Position numbers and translations under genes: made by a program
Assembly: GCA_951406725.2 (NCBI GenBank)
Contig: OX597838.1
Coordinates: forward strand, 13,206,001-13,270,000
Length of the DNA stretch: 64,000 bases
Direction of reading: 5' to 3'
Origin: Octopus vulgaris
Lineage: Eukaryota
Part shown: positions 1-13,727 of the stretch, in pieces
Position numbering within the stretch: position 1 is the stretch's first letter
Layout: each line of letters starts with the position of its first letter
Notes under the pieces: generated by a model
What the model was told of the DNA's origin: nothing
Databases searched by the model: none
What the model saw: the letters and a program-made list of their open reading frames with translations, nothing else

Positions 1-687
1 AGTTTAATGTTCTTATATTATAAATTATATTGATGATGGGTGGAATTGAAAAAAACAGTTACATGCATGTGCGTACACACACACAAATGCACTCACAGAC
101 ATGCTCACTAACTCACAAATGCACACATACACTCATGCATGCACTCAGTGATTTTGTCGTGTGCACATGTGCGCACACACACACACGACTCTTTTTTGTT
201 AATCACTCATTCTCATTTAATTGTATATATTTTAATTGTTTGTTTATTCATACGTTTCGTCTCATTCGATACCCTGACCCCCAACGTTTGTTTTGTCTGT
301 CCCCCCCGTATTGTCCCCTCTTTTTCTCAACCTTATGGTAAATAAAGAAATACTCTCTCTCTCTCTTTTGCATATAGACACTTTCATTATAGACACATTT
401 TCCCAATTTAAAAATATGAGATAATCATCATATTTTGTGTTTATCAAAGATTGTAAAATATTTATTTCTTGATCTCAACATTGTGTGTGTGTATGTGTGA
501 CCTCTCCCCATCCTTGTTCTCCCTTGATAGTTTCACATGTGTTCCATAATTAAAACCATTTGTCCCGGAACCCATAAGCAAATGATCAAATAGGCTGTAG
601 TGGAGGATTTGGTTTGAAGTCAAGCATATGGAATGGAGCAAACCTCTTGTAGTCATTAGCTGCTCCAAATTAATTATATAATAAAAT

Positions 688-1090
688 ATGTGGTAAGTAG
701 CTTGCTAACCAATCACATGGTTCCGGGTTCAGTCCCACTGCGTGGCATCTTGGGCAAGTGTCTTCTGCTATAGCCCCGGGCCGACCAATGCCTTGTGAAT
801 GGATTTGGAGACTGAAACTGAAAGAAGCCTGTCGTATATATGTGTGTGTGTGTGTATATATATATATACGTATGTGTTTGTATGTGTTTGTGTGTCTGTG
901 TTTGTCCCCCTAGCATTGCTTGACAACCGATGCTGGTGTGTTTATGTCCCCGTCACTTAGCAGTTTGGCAAAAGAGACCGATAGAATAAGTACTGGGCTT
1001 ACAAAAGAATAGGTCGCGGGGTCGATTTGCTCGACTAAAGGTGGTGCTCCAGCATGGCCGCAGTCAAATGACTGAAACAAGTAAAAGAGT
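688..1090 (+). mobile_element. SINE A (tRNA head, CORE-like CTTGGGCAAGT domain)
   Basis: Multicopy family of about 400 bp. Confidence 0.85.
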
Positions 1091-1406
1091 ATATATTTCG
1101 CTTTCGGATTTGGTTTGCAAGATTCTTTATGTGAGTTTGTGCAACAGTCATCAAATGCAAAAGCCGAAGAACTGTTTATTGCTTAAATATCATTTGCAAT
1201 ATTCACTTTGGAGATAAAACAGTGTTCAGTCTGACGGATAGGTGTCAAAATGAGGTATGTACTATGGAAGAGCACATTGTGCTTATCCTAATGTGAAAGT
1301 GTTTGAGTGCCAACAGTTTAAGGTTAATTATGATGTCTGATTCCACTGGGAGTTGCATATATTGTGGGCTGAACAGCTTTCCTTCATTTCATTGGCCTTT
1401 CTCTTT

Positions 1407-2080
1407 CTCTTTTTACTTGTTTCAGTCATTTTGACTGTGGCCATGCTGTGGCAACTAGACCCCGGGACTTATTCTTTGTAAGCCCAGTACTTATTCTATC
1501 GGTCTCTTTTGCCAAACCGCTAAGTGAGGCTGATGTAAACACACCAGCATCAGTTGTCAAGCAATGCTAGGGAGACAAACACAGACACAAACACATACAC
1601 ACACATACATATATATATACATATATACGATGGGCTTCTTTCAGTTTTCGTCTACCAAATCCACTCACAAGGCTTTGGTCGGCCCGAGGCTATAGTAGAA
1701 GACACTTGCCCAAGGTGCCACGCAGTGGGACTGAACCCGGAACCATGTGGTTGGTAAACAAGCTACTTACCACACACCCACTCCTGCGCCTTATGACAAT
1801 TTTGAAAAGGTTTACTGTGTTTTAAGATTCACTATCAATCAGTTTTCCTTATTTAGAAGAAACAGTGAACAGTTTTAACGTCTCAAGAATGTTTCAGTCA
1901 TTCTGACTGCGGCCATGCTGGAGCACCGCCTTTAATCGAGCAACTCGACCCCGGGACTTATTCTTTGTAAGCCCAGTACTTATTCTATCGGTCTCTTTTG
2001 CCGAACCGCTAAGTGACGGGGACATAAACACACCAGCATCGGTTGTCAAGCAATGCTAGGGGGACAAACACAGACACACA
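1407..2080 (-). mobile_element. SINE A: full copy (1407-1790) plus partial copy (1890-2080)
   Basis: Reverse complement of the family consensus. Confidence 0.85.
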
Positions 2081-2486
2081 AAGCCCTAACCGAAAGTAAC
2101 AACCCCTTATACACTCACCAAACATTTCTATAACTTAGCACCATCCAAGTTAACCCTCTCCACCTATACAAACCGTCCAATGGATGAGGAGCGTTTGCTA
2201 GTATATATTTATATATATAAGCACACACACATATATATCAGGTGTTTATATTGTTTATATACACACAATACGGGTGTGTGCTTATCTGTGTATAATGTAT
2301 GTGAATGCTGAGGAGTTTCAATCGCCAGCAGCCAATCCTTTCCCTTGTTTTATGTCCCAGCTGGTCCTACTTGTTTTCCATGGCATGTAAATGTTGATCT
2401 CGTTGTTTTAGTAAACAAACCGTGTTGAAGGCATAACGACTTTGTGTAAACAGGACACACTCAAACACACACACAAATGTATATTG

Positions 2487-3080
2487 CATCATCATCATCA
2501 TCATCATCATCGTCATCATCATCATTTTCACCATCATCATCATCACCGTCATCGTCATCATCATCATCACCATCATCGTCATCGTCATCATCACCATCAT
2601 CATCATCATCATCACCATCATCATCGTCATCATCACCATCGTCATCATCACCATCATCATCGTCATCATCACCATCATCATCACCATCATCATCATCGTC
2701 ATCATCCTCACCATCATCATCACGACCATCATCATCATCACCACCACCATCATCATCATCGTCTTCATCACCATCATTACCATCATCATCATAACCATCG
2801 TCACCATCATTATCACCATCATCATCATCATCATCACCATCATCATCATCACCATCATCATCACATATCATCATCACCGTCATCATCATCACCGTCATCA
2901 TCATCACCGTCATCATCATCACCACCATCATCACCACCACCACCATCATCACCACCACCATCATCATCATCATCACCACCACCATCATCATCATCACCAC
3001 CACCATCACCATCACCATCATAACCACCATCATCATCATCATCACCATCATCACCATCACCATCATCATCACCATCATCG
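2487..3080. repeat. (CAT/CAC)n trinucleotide microsatellite
   Basis: Source of the poly-His/Met/Asp pseudo-ORFs. Confidence 0.95.
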
Positions 3081-3382
3081 TTGTCAGCATTTTATGGCAG
3101 TTTTTCTTCTGTTTCCCCTCCTGTGCTGGCATGGGTTTGGGTGGGTTTCATCACTCTGCATCCAGCTGCATCATTTTGGCTCTTACAGCAACAGAGGAAA
3201 TCTGTCATCTTTATTGTTGATGTTGTGTGTCTTACACTGTGTGGATTGAGTGAATTTTATTGTACCACCACTACCACCACCACCACCACAACTAAAGGGA
3301 TCCCCACCACCACAACCACTACCACCACCATTTCCTTTATGCTGCATCAGTTCTTAATCAGAATCACTATCTTCTCACTTAA

Positions 3383-3989
3383 CCCTTTCGTTAAGATGCT
3401 CTGTGTTTCTTTCAATTATTTTAAATAGGCGCAGGAGTGGCTGTGTGGTAAGTAGCTTGCTAACCAACCACATGGTTCCGGGTTCAGTCCCACTGCGTGG
3501 CATCTTGGGCAAGTGTCTTCTGCTATAGCCCCGGGCTGACCAATGCCTTGTGAGTGGATTTGGTAGACGGAAACTGGAAGAAGCCTGTCGTATATATGTA
3601 TATATATGTGTGTGTTTGTCCCCCTAGCATTGCTTGACAACCGATGCTGGTGTGTTTACGTCCCCGTCACTTAGCGGTTCGGCAAAAGAGACCGATAGAA
3701 TAAGTACTGGGCTTACAAATAATAAGTCCCGGGGTCGATTTGCTCGACTAAAGGCGGTGCTCCAGCATGGCCGCAGTCGAATGACTGAAACAAGTAAAAG
3801 AGTAAAAGAGAGAAAGAGTAAAAAGTATAACAAAGAATTTAGTAAAATAACTCAGTTATCATTCAGCTAGTTTTAGGAACATTAATTGCGACTAAGGTTT
3901 GGTGGAAGATTTTAATTTAAAACTTATGAAAACAAGATATTTGTACTACAAAGCCAGAGCTGGTTTTGGCCGGGTTGGTAACGAAAGGG
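3383..3989. mobile_element. Same piggyBac MITE in reverse orientation, interrupted by SINE A
   Basis: TTAA-CCCTTTCGTTA...TAACGAAAGGG-TTAA. Confidence 0.8.
3428..3823 (+). mobile_element. SINE A
   Basis: Full length, starts GGCGCAGGAGTGGCTGTGTGG. Confidence 0.9.
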
Positions 3990-4930
3990 TTAAGAATCCA
4001 CATCTCACTTGTAATATATGGCAAAACCATCAAAGTACTTTGTTGGTATTTGTTCTGGCTATTTTATGTTCTGAGTTCAGATTCCACCTAGGTGAAATTA
4101 GTATTCCTTCTTCCAGTGCAGGTCAATCAAAATGCCATGCTGTGGGACTGAACCCCACACCATGTAGTTCGGAAGCAAGCTTTTTAATCATACAGTCACA
4201 CCTGCGTTTATATAATCAATATGAAAATAAAATTTCAAAAAGTAAAGTTCCCTCTCAATGAGGTGGCACACCACCTTGGGTAACTCAGGGGGAAAACCCC
4301 ACACAAAAGCCCAGGTTAATCTGCCACATCCATAATAATAATAATAATAATATCTCGTTTTTGTATTTATTTTTTGTGTTGGAATGTTTGTTGTATCTTG
4401 GTTGGGTCATTTATACCAGTAAGTATATTATACCATTTATACCAGTATAAATATTATACCATTATATTATAAGTATTATACCATTTATACCAGTAAGAGA
4501 TACATATACAGTGAAGGTGTTTCTCTTTGCTAAAATAGCTTTACCCAAATTCAACAACAATAATGGTTTCAAATTTTGGCACAAGGCCTGCAATTTTGGT
4601 GGAGGAAGTATGTCAGTTATATTAACCCCAGTGCATGAGTGGTACTTATTTATCAGCCCCAAAAGGATCAGAGTCAATCCTTGTGACTATTGAACTCATA
4701 ATGTGAAGTTGGAAAAATGCCACTAAGCATTTTGCCTGGTGAGGTAACAATTCTGCCAACAATAATAATTTCTGCTATAGGCACAAAGCCTGAAATTTTA
4801 GGGGAGGGGTGGTCTAGTTGATTACATCAACCCCAGTACTCAACTGGTACTTATTTTATTGACCCCAAAAGGATGAAAGGCAAAGTCACCCTAATGATGA
4901 TAGTAATAATGGTATGTACCTATGTATGTA

Positions 4931-4973
<43 letters not shown>

Positions 4974-5066
4974 ATAAATATTAGGGAATAAATCCAAATT
5001 TACAGGGAAAAAAATCAGATTTAGGATTAAATCCAATTTTATAATTTGAAACTGACTTATTGAAGT

Positions 5067-5109
5067 CCACCTGAAGATTGTCGATCAAGACAAGAAACGA
5101 TTGTAGTGG
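5067..5109 (+). ncRNA. Minimal type I hammerhead ribozyme
   Basis: ccac-CTGAAGA-ttgtc(gatcaa)gacaa-GAAAC-gatt-GTA-gtgg. Confidence 0.7.
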
Positions 5110-5196
5110 CGGTTTTTTTGACTATTTATTAAAATTTTATGTATTGATTAAGTCTTTCCTTGTTTGTTTTGCAAAATAGTGGTTTTGTCTCTAATA

Positions 5197-5236
<40 letters not shown>

Positions 5237-5632
5237 CACATGTGTGTGTGTGTGTGCAAGCAGCTATACTACATGGCAGTGAAACATGGGCTGTGACCAC
5301 TGAGGACAATGGTCGTTAAATGATGATGATGATATACTTGCGTTGTGTATGTATGTATATTTGAATGTCTGTGTGTGCATATATACAGATATGTGTATGT
5401 ATGTGAAGATTATGATAATGATGATGGTTCTAATATGTCTCTCACCTCAAGGTGACAACTGACTAATGAATGACCAGAACTAATTAGTCATAAGTAACAA
5501 AAGTTCTACTTCCTTACTCACCCTCCTCAAATTTCTACTGGTCGTAGACTGGGATTGGGTGTGTTGGGGACGATTCTAAAAAATTTTTTTGTTGTTTAGT
5601 TATATTTATGTTGCAACCCCTGTTTCCTTTCA

Positions 5633-5700
<68 letters not shown>

Positions 5701-5814
5701 ATTTCTCTCATATATATGTGTGCATGCGTGTGTGTGTGTGTGTTTGGTGATGCAGGCAGGAAAATAAAACTCAAGCATCAGTCTATATATTTTTCGTTAT
5801 TAAGAATCGCAAGC

Positions 5815-6097
5815 GTGGCTGAGTGGTAAGAAGTTTGCTTCCTATCCATTCAGTTCCTGGTTCAGTCCCAAGGCATCTTGGGCTCTGGTCTTTCACTATA
5901 ATAGCCTCGAGATGACCTAAGCCTTGTGAGTAGATTTGGTAGCCAAAAACTGAAAGAAGCTCAAGTAGCTTGCTTACCAACTACATGGTTCTGGGTTCAG
6001 TCCCACTGCGTGGCACCTTGGGCAATTCTACTACAGTCTCGGGCTGACCAAAGCCTTGTGAGTGGATTTGGTGGACGGAAACTGAAAGAAGCCTGTC

Positions 6098-6139
<42 letters not shown>

Positions 6140-6535
6140 TTGTGTGTCTGTATTTGTCCCCCCAACATCACTTGACAACTGATGCTGGTATGTTTACGTC
6201 CCCCTTTACTTAGCGGTTCGACAAAAGAGACCGATAGAATAAGTACTAGGCTTACAAAGAATAGGTCCTGGGGTCGATTTGCTCGACTAATAAAAGCGGT
6301 GCTCCAGCATGGCCACAGTCAAATGACTGAAACAAGTAAAAGAGAGAGAGAGAGAGTAAAGAGTATGTATATATCTGTGCGTCTTTGTGCTGCGTTTGCT
6401 CCCCACCACTACTCGACAAGCAATGTTTGTTTGTTTATGTCCCTGTAACATAGCAATTCAGCAAAAGTGACTGATAGAATGAGTACCAGACTTTAAAAAT
6501 AAGTATTATTCAACTAAGCCCTTCAAGGCAGTGCC
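5815..6535 (+). mobile_element. Nested SINE A copies
   Basis: Young copy (5964-6363) inside an older one. Confidence 0.75.
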
Positions 6536-6893
6536 CACTGAGAAGACACATTGCGGAACTGTAATTCTAACGAGTTACATCTATTTGTCACCCAAACTGA
6601 CACACATCTGCACTGTCTGATGCTCCTGAGCTAGCTGTTAAGTATCCCAGCCATTAGGGACCAATGCTAGATGAGTCGAAACAATTGTAGGGTTTAATAA
6701 AAATTCTTATATCTTCCATCTTTTGTTAACCAAAAACCTATATCTATATGTATACACACACACACACACACACATATATATAAACACACACATATGTGTA
6801 TACACACACACACAAATATGTATATATATATCATCATCAGTTAACGTCCGTTATATATATATATACACACATATATACATATATATACATATA

Positions 6894-6940
<47 letters not shown>

Positions 6941-7882
6941 TTCGTTACTTCCTTCTTCCTATATAATCTGGAATCAGATAAACCTATCTGAACTATGAGC
7001 ACATAGAAAACTTAAAAATAAAACCCTCTTATATATAAATATAGATATATATATATACACATGTACACAGACACACACACAATGTTTATCTGTGCAAATG
7101 GGTTTGTATGCGTGTGTTAACTCATCTCTCGTATGTATTCATATTATATATGACTTCTACATTTTCTCATCTACAAACTTCAACACTTTAAGATATGAGA
7201 ATGCTTATGAGTGTGTACGTGTGAGTACGGGTTCATATGTGTGCACATGCAAAGAGTCTGACTCATATATACATAAATATATATATATATATATATAGCA
7301 TGAAAAGCGGACGCTAAACGAAACGATATATATATATATATGTATACAGTACACACCTACATATGCATAGAAGCATTCACATACATACGTACATGCATAT
7401 ATATATATATTATATTAAATTTATATATATATATATATATTCTTTGTAGAAAGCAGTAAATGTGGCAAAAATAAAAATCTCAAAATAGCCAAATTTAACA
7501 TGAAATTTGGAAATGGAAGAGAGAGAGAGAGAGAGACACTAGTGATGGTGGTGGTGGTGGTGGTTGGTTGGTATGATGAAAGACAGCAAGAAATAGAGAT
7601 GGGGGGTGAAAGGGAAAGAGAGAAGGATAGGGACACGGTGGTGGTGGTGGTGGGAAGAGAGAAATAATCTTTCTTTGTTACTTCTTTTGATAGACATCAT
7701 CCTGTCTTGTTGCTAAATAAAGAAGTGATGGAGATGAGAGAGAGAGAGAGAGGGAGTGAGAAAGAAGGGCATGGAAACGGGTGGAGTGTGGGGCGGTGAG
7801 GGAAAGATAACAGCAGCAACAACAATAACAACATCTGGCTGTTTGTCTCTGCATGTGTCTGTCTGTACGTGTGTGTGTGTGC

Positions 7883-7926
<44 letters not shown>

Positions 7927-8150
7927 GTGTGTGTGTGTGTGTGTTCTGCTACTTATGGCCACTTGTGGTTTATGGTATAATTGGTTTAGTGTATTATGTG
8001 TGTGTGTGTGCCTGCAGTTCTTGGACAGAATCGGTTACTGCTTCAGTCTACGCTGGCAGGAACCGTGTACCGGTTGGCTGGTTGGTTGCTGCTGCTTTGT
8101 CAGTGGTGGTGGTCACCTGAACCATTCCGTACTATTGTCTCTCACAAAAT

Positions 8151-8186
8151 ATGGATAATACTTACGACATTCCTGTATCTCTCTTG
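8151..8186 (+). CDS. Candidate alternative first coding exon of paxillin (MDNTYDIPVSLL)
   Basis: aaatATGg start context; TTG|gtgagt donor in phase 0, compatible with the 20369 acceptor; contains a YxxP motif; no homology confirmation. Confidence 0.3.
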
Positions 8187-8532
8187 GTGAGTTGACATTA
8201 CATTAAGTCTCACTCAACTCTGTCTCACTCGACTGTGTCTCACTCAGCTCTGTTCCTACTGCTTTTTTTTTTTTTTTGCGCTTTGTCTTTCATTCAAATT
8301 TCTCTCACTCTCACTCAACTTTGTCTCATTTTTATCACACTCAACATTTAATTCCTTTCATTCTCTTCTCACTCACTTGTTTACTCAGATTTCTCTCACT
8401 CAGCACTGTCTTGTTTTTATCACCCTCAATTTTCCCCTCACTCACTCATTGCCCACTCAATTTTCCTTTACTCCACTTTCGTTAATTCAACTCTTCTTCA
8501 CTCAGCTTATCCATCACTCATATTTGCCTCGC

Positions 8533-8825
8533 TCATCTTGCCTCACTCATCTTTACCTCATACAATCTTGTCTCACTCATCTTTACCTCATACAATCTTG
8601 CCTCACTCATCTTTACCTCATACAATCTTGCCTCACTCATCTTTACCTCATACAATCTTGCCTCACTCATCTTTACCTCATACAATCTTGCCTCACTCAT
8701 CTTTACCTCATACAATCTTGCCTCACTCATCTTTACCTCATACAATCTTGCCTCACTCATCTTTACCTCATACAATCTTGTCTCACTCATCTTTACCTCA
8801 TACAATCTTGTCTCACTCATCTTGT
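8533..8825. repeat. 30-bp minisatellite, ~10 units
   Basis: CTCACTCATCTTTACCTCATACAATCTTG(C/T). Confidence 0.95.
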
Positions 8826-10348
8826 ATAATGCACATGCAATTAACCCTCACTCATCTTTCTCTCACTGACCTTTCCCATTTCTCATCTTTCACTCACCTT
8901 ACCCTTCACTCACCTTTCCCCTCACTTATCATTCCCACTCTCACATTTCCTTCATATACCTTTCCCTCACTCATCTTCCTTCACTCACCTTCCCTCACTT
9001 ATCTTTCCCCCCCCCCCAGATACATTCCCCTAACATAACTTCCTCATTCAATTTTCACCACTTTGTCTCTCCTTCTTTCTTACCCGTCTCTCAACTCTCC
9101 CCCATCTGTCCATCTTTTACAATCCACTCTTTAAATTCCCATTATATGTGTGTGTGTGTAGGTGGTGCTCCAGCATGGCTGCAGTCAAATGAATACACAC
9201 ACACACATAGATTTCTTTTGGTTTTGCTTTTGTCTTTATCCGCAGACCCATGCATGGCATTGGAAGGTGTGCATAGATATATAGGTAGAGTAGTTGGTGA
9301 AGGTTCATTTTTCAAATGAGATTTGGGCCCAGCAAAAGAAGGACCTGGTCTGTCACAAACTGTGCACACAAAAAAGGTCACTGAGATTCACCTTCTCAAT
9401 CACAACATTCTTCTTTAAATCTCTCTCGAGACTTGCATGTGTCATCCCGGCCTCCCCAAAAGCTTTCACTCCACTGCACACTTTCGTTTGCCATGCAGCT
9501 CAATCTAAATCAAGGGTTTCTATGGCTTTTGGATCTATTCCGAGTAACTTCATGGTAGTCCTTATGCTGTCCTTAAACCTCTTTTTTAGGTTTACACTGG
9601 TTGAGTTTTCCCCCTCTGCAAGCTCACATAAAACAGCTGTTTGTGTGTGCATTCATTTGCCATTCGAACAATATGGTCAGACCATCTCATTTGATTTTCA
9701 CACACACACGGTTGCATTGCTTATTATGATGAACCACATCTACCAACATTATGATAGATCTCTGAACCCCTAGAAACAGCTGTTGGACTTATAACACCTT
9801 TCTTCCACCCTTTTGATTTTCTCTGTTGTTTGTACTCTGTTAGTAGGATTTATTAATATAAATATCTATAAACTTGAAAATTCAACACTTGAAAGTCTCC
9901 ACTTTTTTTGCTTTCTCTCATTTTGCTTGTATACATATTTTTTTGTATTTCATACCCAAACTGTTGTATCTAATATATTTAATGTGTCTAATTTATTCAC
10001 ATAATTACCTCTCTCTCTCTCTCTTTTCTGATATATGTTTTATTAATTAACTATATATATATATATATTAAAATGAGGGTGAGAAATTAGATATTAATTT
10101 AATTAACATCGATTTCACACCAGTGGTCTAGCATATAAAAAAACTGAAGGTTCAGTAAAATTGTATTATATACATATTAGAGGGAAACCACTATGTGGAC
10201 ACCCTTATGCTAGAAATAGATCTGCTATGGTTTTACCACTAAGAAATGTTCTCAACAAAAATTTAGCAAAACAACCAAAACGTAATCAAGCACGACAAAA
10301 GAAAAAGCATAAGGGTGTCCACATAGTGGTTTTCCTCTAATATGTATG

Positions 10349-10379
<31 letters not shown>

Positions 10380-10503
10380 AAGTTAAACCAAATGATGTTT
10401 TGAAAACATTTAATTCATACATTTCATATCTGTGAAACAAACAGTAGGAAATGCACCCCAGTTTGTAAGACCTTCCTTAGTTATAGCACACAACCACTAC
10501 TAT

Positions 10504-10912
10504 AGGCGCAGGAGTGGCTGTGTGGTAAGTAGCTTGCTTACGAGCCACATGGTTCCAGGTTCAGTCCCACTGCGTGGCACCTTGGGCAAGTGTCTTCTAC
10601 TATAGCCTCGGGCCAACCAAAGCCTTGTGAGTGGATTTGGTAAATGGAAACTGAAAGAAGCTCGTCGTATATATGTATGTGTGTGTGAATGTGTGTGTAT
10701 GTTTGTGTGTCTGTGTTTGTCCCCCCAACATCGCTTAACAACCAATGCTGGTGTGTTTACATCCCCGTAACTTAGCGGTTCGGCAAAAGGGACCGATAGA
10801 ATAAGTTCTAGGCTTACAAAGAATGAGTCCTGGGGTCGATTTACTCGACTAAAGGCGGTGCTCCAGCATGGCCACAGTCAAATGACTGAAACAAGTAGAA
10901 AGAGTAAAAGAG
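10504..10912 (+). mobile_element. SINE A
   Basis: Full length. Confidence 0.9.
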
Positions 10913-11351
10913 TTAACACATTTCCAAAATACTTTGAATATAATATTTCCTATTATATATTATGCAGAGATCTGAAATGTTCATATTAAATGCTTTCAAA
11001 ACATCACTGTTTGATTTGATTTCATTATTACAACTTATATAACTTGATGCCAGTACAAACCACCCATCCTGTCTCCACTTACATGGAGACTTTAACAAGG
11101 ATTTGGAGTAGTTTATTATAATTTGACTTGAGAGGAAAATTCCAGCACCAAGCATAACTTTTAAGTATAATGTGAAATATATATGTAATATAAATATATA
11201 TAATATACGTGTGTGTGTTTGTGCACATATTTGCACATATGTGTGTAGAAACTTTACCAAAGATAATTGGAGCTCAATACATACACACACGCATGTATGT
11301 ATGTATGTATGTATGTACTTTTTGATGAAGCATTGTGTGGTATAACTTTAA

Positions 11352-11571
11352 CCCTTTCGTTACCAACCCGGCTGAAACCGGCTCTGGCTCTAAGTAAATA
11401 TGTCTTGTTTTCATAAGATTTGAATTAAAATCTTCCACCAAACCTCAGACACAATTTATGTTCCTAACACTAGCTGAAAGATAACTAAGTTATTTCACTA
11501 AATTCTTTGCTATATTTAAAGTAATTGAAAGAAACACAGACCATCTCAACAGAAATACAGTAACAAAAGGG
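11352..11571. mobile_element. piggyBac-type MITE
   Basis: TTAA flanks; TIR CCCTTTCGTTAC...GTAACAAAAGGG. Confidence 0.8.
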
Positions 11572-11825
11572 TTAAAGAGATATGCAGTGTAAGGTTGGTG
11601 CAAAACAAGAAGATACGAAGTAAATTACAAAAGGAAAAGAAAAACAAAACTAAACTAAGTTGTAGTTTTTACCTTGTATTTCTATATTTTGGGCTTACAG
11701 TCTCTTCTTCAGGAAATTGTAACCCTGACAGATAGAAATACAAGGTAAAACTGCAACTTTGTTTTGTTTTCCATTTTATTTTGTACCTTCTTTCATTCTT
11801 CCAGTCTTACACAACAAATCTCTTT

Positions 11826-11857
<32 letters not shown>

Positions 11858-12544
11858 TCTTAATACCACCATCTGGTCGTTGGGTGTCTTTGAGTAAAAC
11901 TTCACACTGTTGCAAGAATTTCCCTTCTTCCTCCCTCCTGGTTCTCTTCCCTTCCCCCTCATGTCCCCGTTTTCTTCCCCCCCCCCCAACCACCCCTTTC
12001 CTTCCTACAGATATCCAAACACTACATTAGTTCCATCAATCTAACCAAGTCTTTGACTGTCGCCTGAAGCAGTTTCTACCACTGAACCGATTAAAACATT
12101 ATCATAACATTATAAACAAAAGTACTGCCATGTCTGATATCTCTAAAGGATGGTGGTAGTGGAATTGGTTCTAGTACTGGGGATGATTGCAGTGGTGTTG
12201 GCTGCAGTTATGGTGGTAGTGGTAGTAGTAGTTCTAGTGGTGATATTGGCATTAGCATTGATTATTGTTGGGTTGTAATGGTAGGGGTGATTGTAGTGTT
12301 GGTTTCTACAGGGGTGGGAGTCACAGTAGCAGTGGTTTGTGTTGGTGGTGGTTGTGATCTTGGGGGGCTCTATGAGGTGAAGGTTATACCAGTCATGGTT
12401 GTTGTAGTGGCAGGGGTTGCAGTAGTATTGGTGGTGGTGGTGGTAGAAGTGGTTTTGATAGCTGTAGTGGTGTTGGTTGTAGTAGTTGTGGCAGTGGTGA
12501 TATTAGTGGTCATTATGGTGAGGGTGGCATTAGCATTGGTTATT

Positions 12545-12777
12545 GCGGCGAGCTGGCAGAATCGTTAGCACACCGGGCGAAATGCTTAGTGGTATTTCAT
12601 CTGCTGTTACGTTGTGAGTTCAAATTCCGCCGAGGTCGACTTTGCCTTTCATCCTTTCGGGGTCAATAAATTAAGTACCAGTTACGCACTGGGGTCGATG
12701 TAATTGACTTAATCCGTTTGTCTGTCCTTGTTTGTCCTCTCTGTGTTTAGCCCCTTGTGGGTAGTAAAGAAATAGGT
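12545..12777 (+). mobile_element. SINE B (Meta-domain-like, ~230 bp)
   Basis: B box GAGTTCAAATTCC; GCCTTTCATCCTTTCGGGGTCGATAAA..AGTACCAG domain. Confidence 0.85.
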
Positions 12778-13096
12778 AGGGGTGATTGTAGTGTTGGTTT
12801 CTACAGGGGTGGTACTCACAGTAGCAATGGTTTGTGTTGGTGGTGGTTGTGATCTTGGGGGGCTCTATGAGGTGAAGCTTATACCAGTCATGGTTGTTGT
12901 AGTGGCAGGGGTTGCAGTAGTATTGGTGGTGGTGGAAGTGGTTTTGATAGCTGTAGTAGTAAATGTATTGGTAGTGTGGGTAAGTGTATTGGTGGTGGTA
13001 GTTTTGATAGCTGTAGTGGTGTTGGTTGTAGTAGGAGTTGTGGCAGTGGTGATATTAGTGGTCATTATGGTGAGGGTGGCATTAGCATTGGTTATT

Positions 13097-13329
13097 GCGG
13101 TGAGCTGGCAGAATCGTTAGCACACCGGGCGAAATGCGTGGCCGTATTTCGTCTGCCGTTACATTCTGAGTTCAAATTCCGCCGAGGTCAACTTTGCATT
13201 TCATCTTTTCGGGGTCGATTAAATAAGTACCAGTTACGCACTGGGGTCGATGTAATCGACTTAATCCGTTTGTACGTCCTTGTTTGTCCCCTCTATGTTT
13301 AGCCCCTTGTGGGTAGTAAAGAAATAGGT
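13097..13329 (+). mobile_element. SINE B
   Basis: Family match. Confidence 0.85.
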
Positions 13330-13727
13330 AATGGTAGTTGCAGGAGTGGTGATCATAACGGTGTTGTTTGTAGGTGGTGTTCATTGTATTGGTAGCAGTT
13401 TTAGTAGTGGTAGTCTTCCTGTTAGTTCTGGCTTCTCTCCTCTCTCTCTCTTCATTAATCTGTTTCGTGTTTGTGATGCAAATTCATTCTGCTGCACATT
13501 CAGTGCACATCCAACAGATTCAGTTAAACAATGACGCCTATGTGTTCTGGGTCTTAATTAGATCTTATTGCCACATTGCAAACTGATATACACAATGTTG
13601 ATTGAGGCAGTGGTGGTGGTGGTGGTGGTGGTGGTTGCTGCTGCTGGTTGTTGTTCAGGTAATAGTGGTGGTGGTGATGATGGTAGTGATAATGGCTAAA
13701 ATCATTGGCGCATCTGACAAAATACCT

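Noticed and set aside
2367-3132. Poly-His/Met/Asp/Ser ORFs
   Set aside because: Products of a (CAT)n microsatellite; no splice or homology support
5522-5575. 54-nt minus-strand exon-like segment (ttttag|...|gtgagt)
   Set aside because: No partner exons or recognisable protein; could be chance
6590-6695. Hammerhead half-motif GAAAC-AATT-GTA
   Set aside because: No matching CTGANGA or stem I; similar failures at ~35390-35455 and ~50810
8377-9038. Repeat-protein ORFs or CRISPR-like array
   Set aside because: 30-bp tandem units with no unique spacers, in a eukaryotic context
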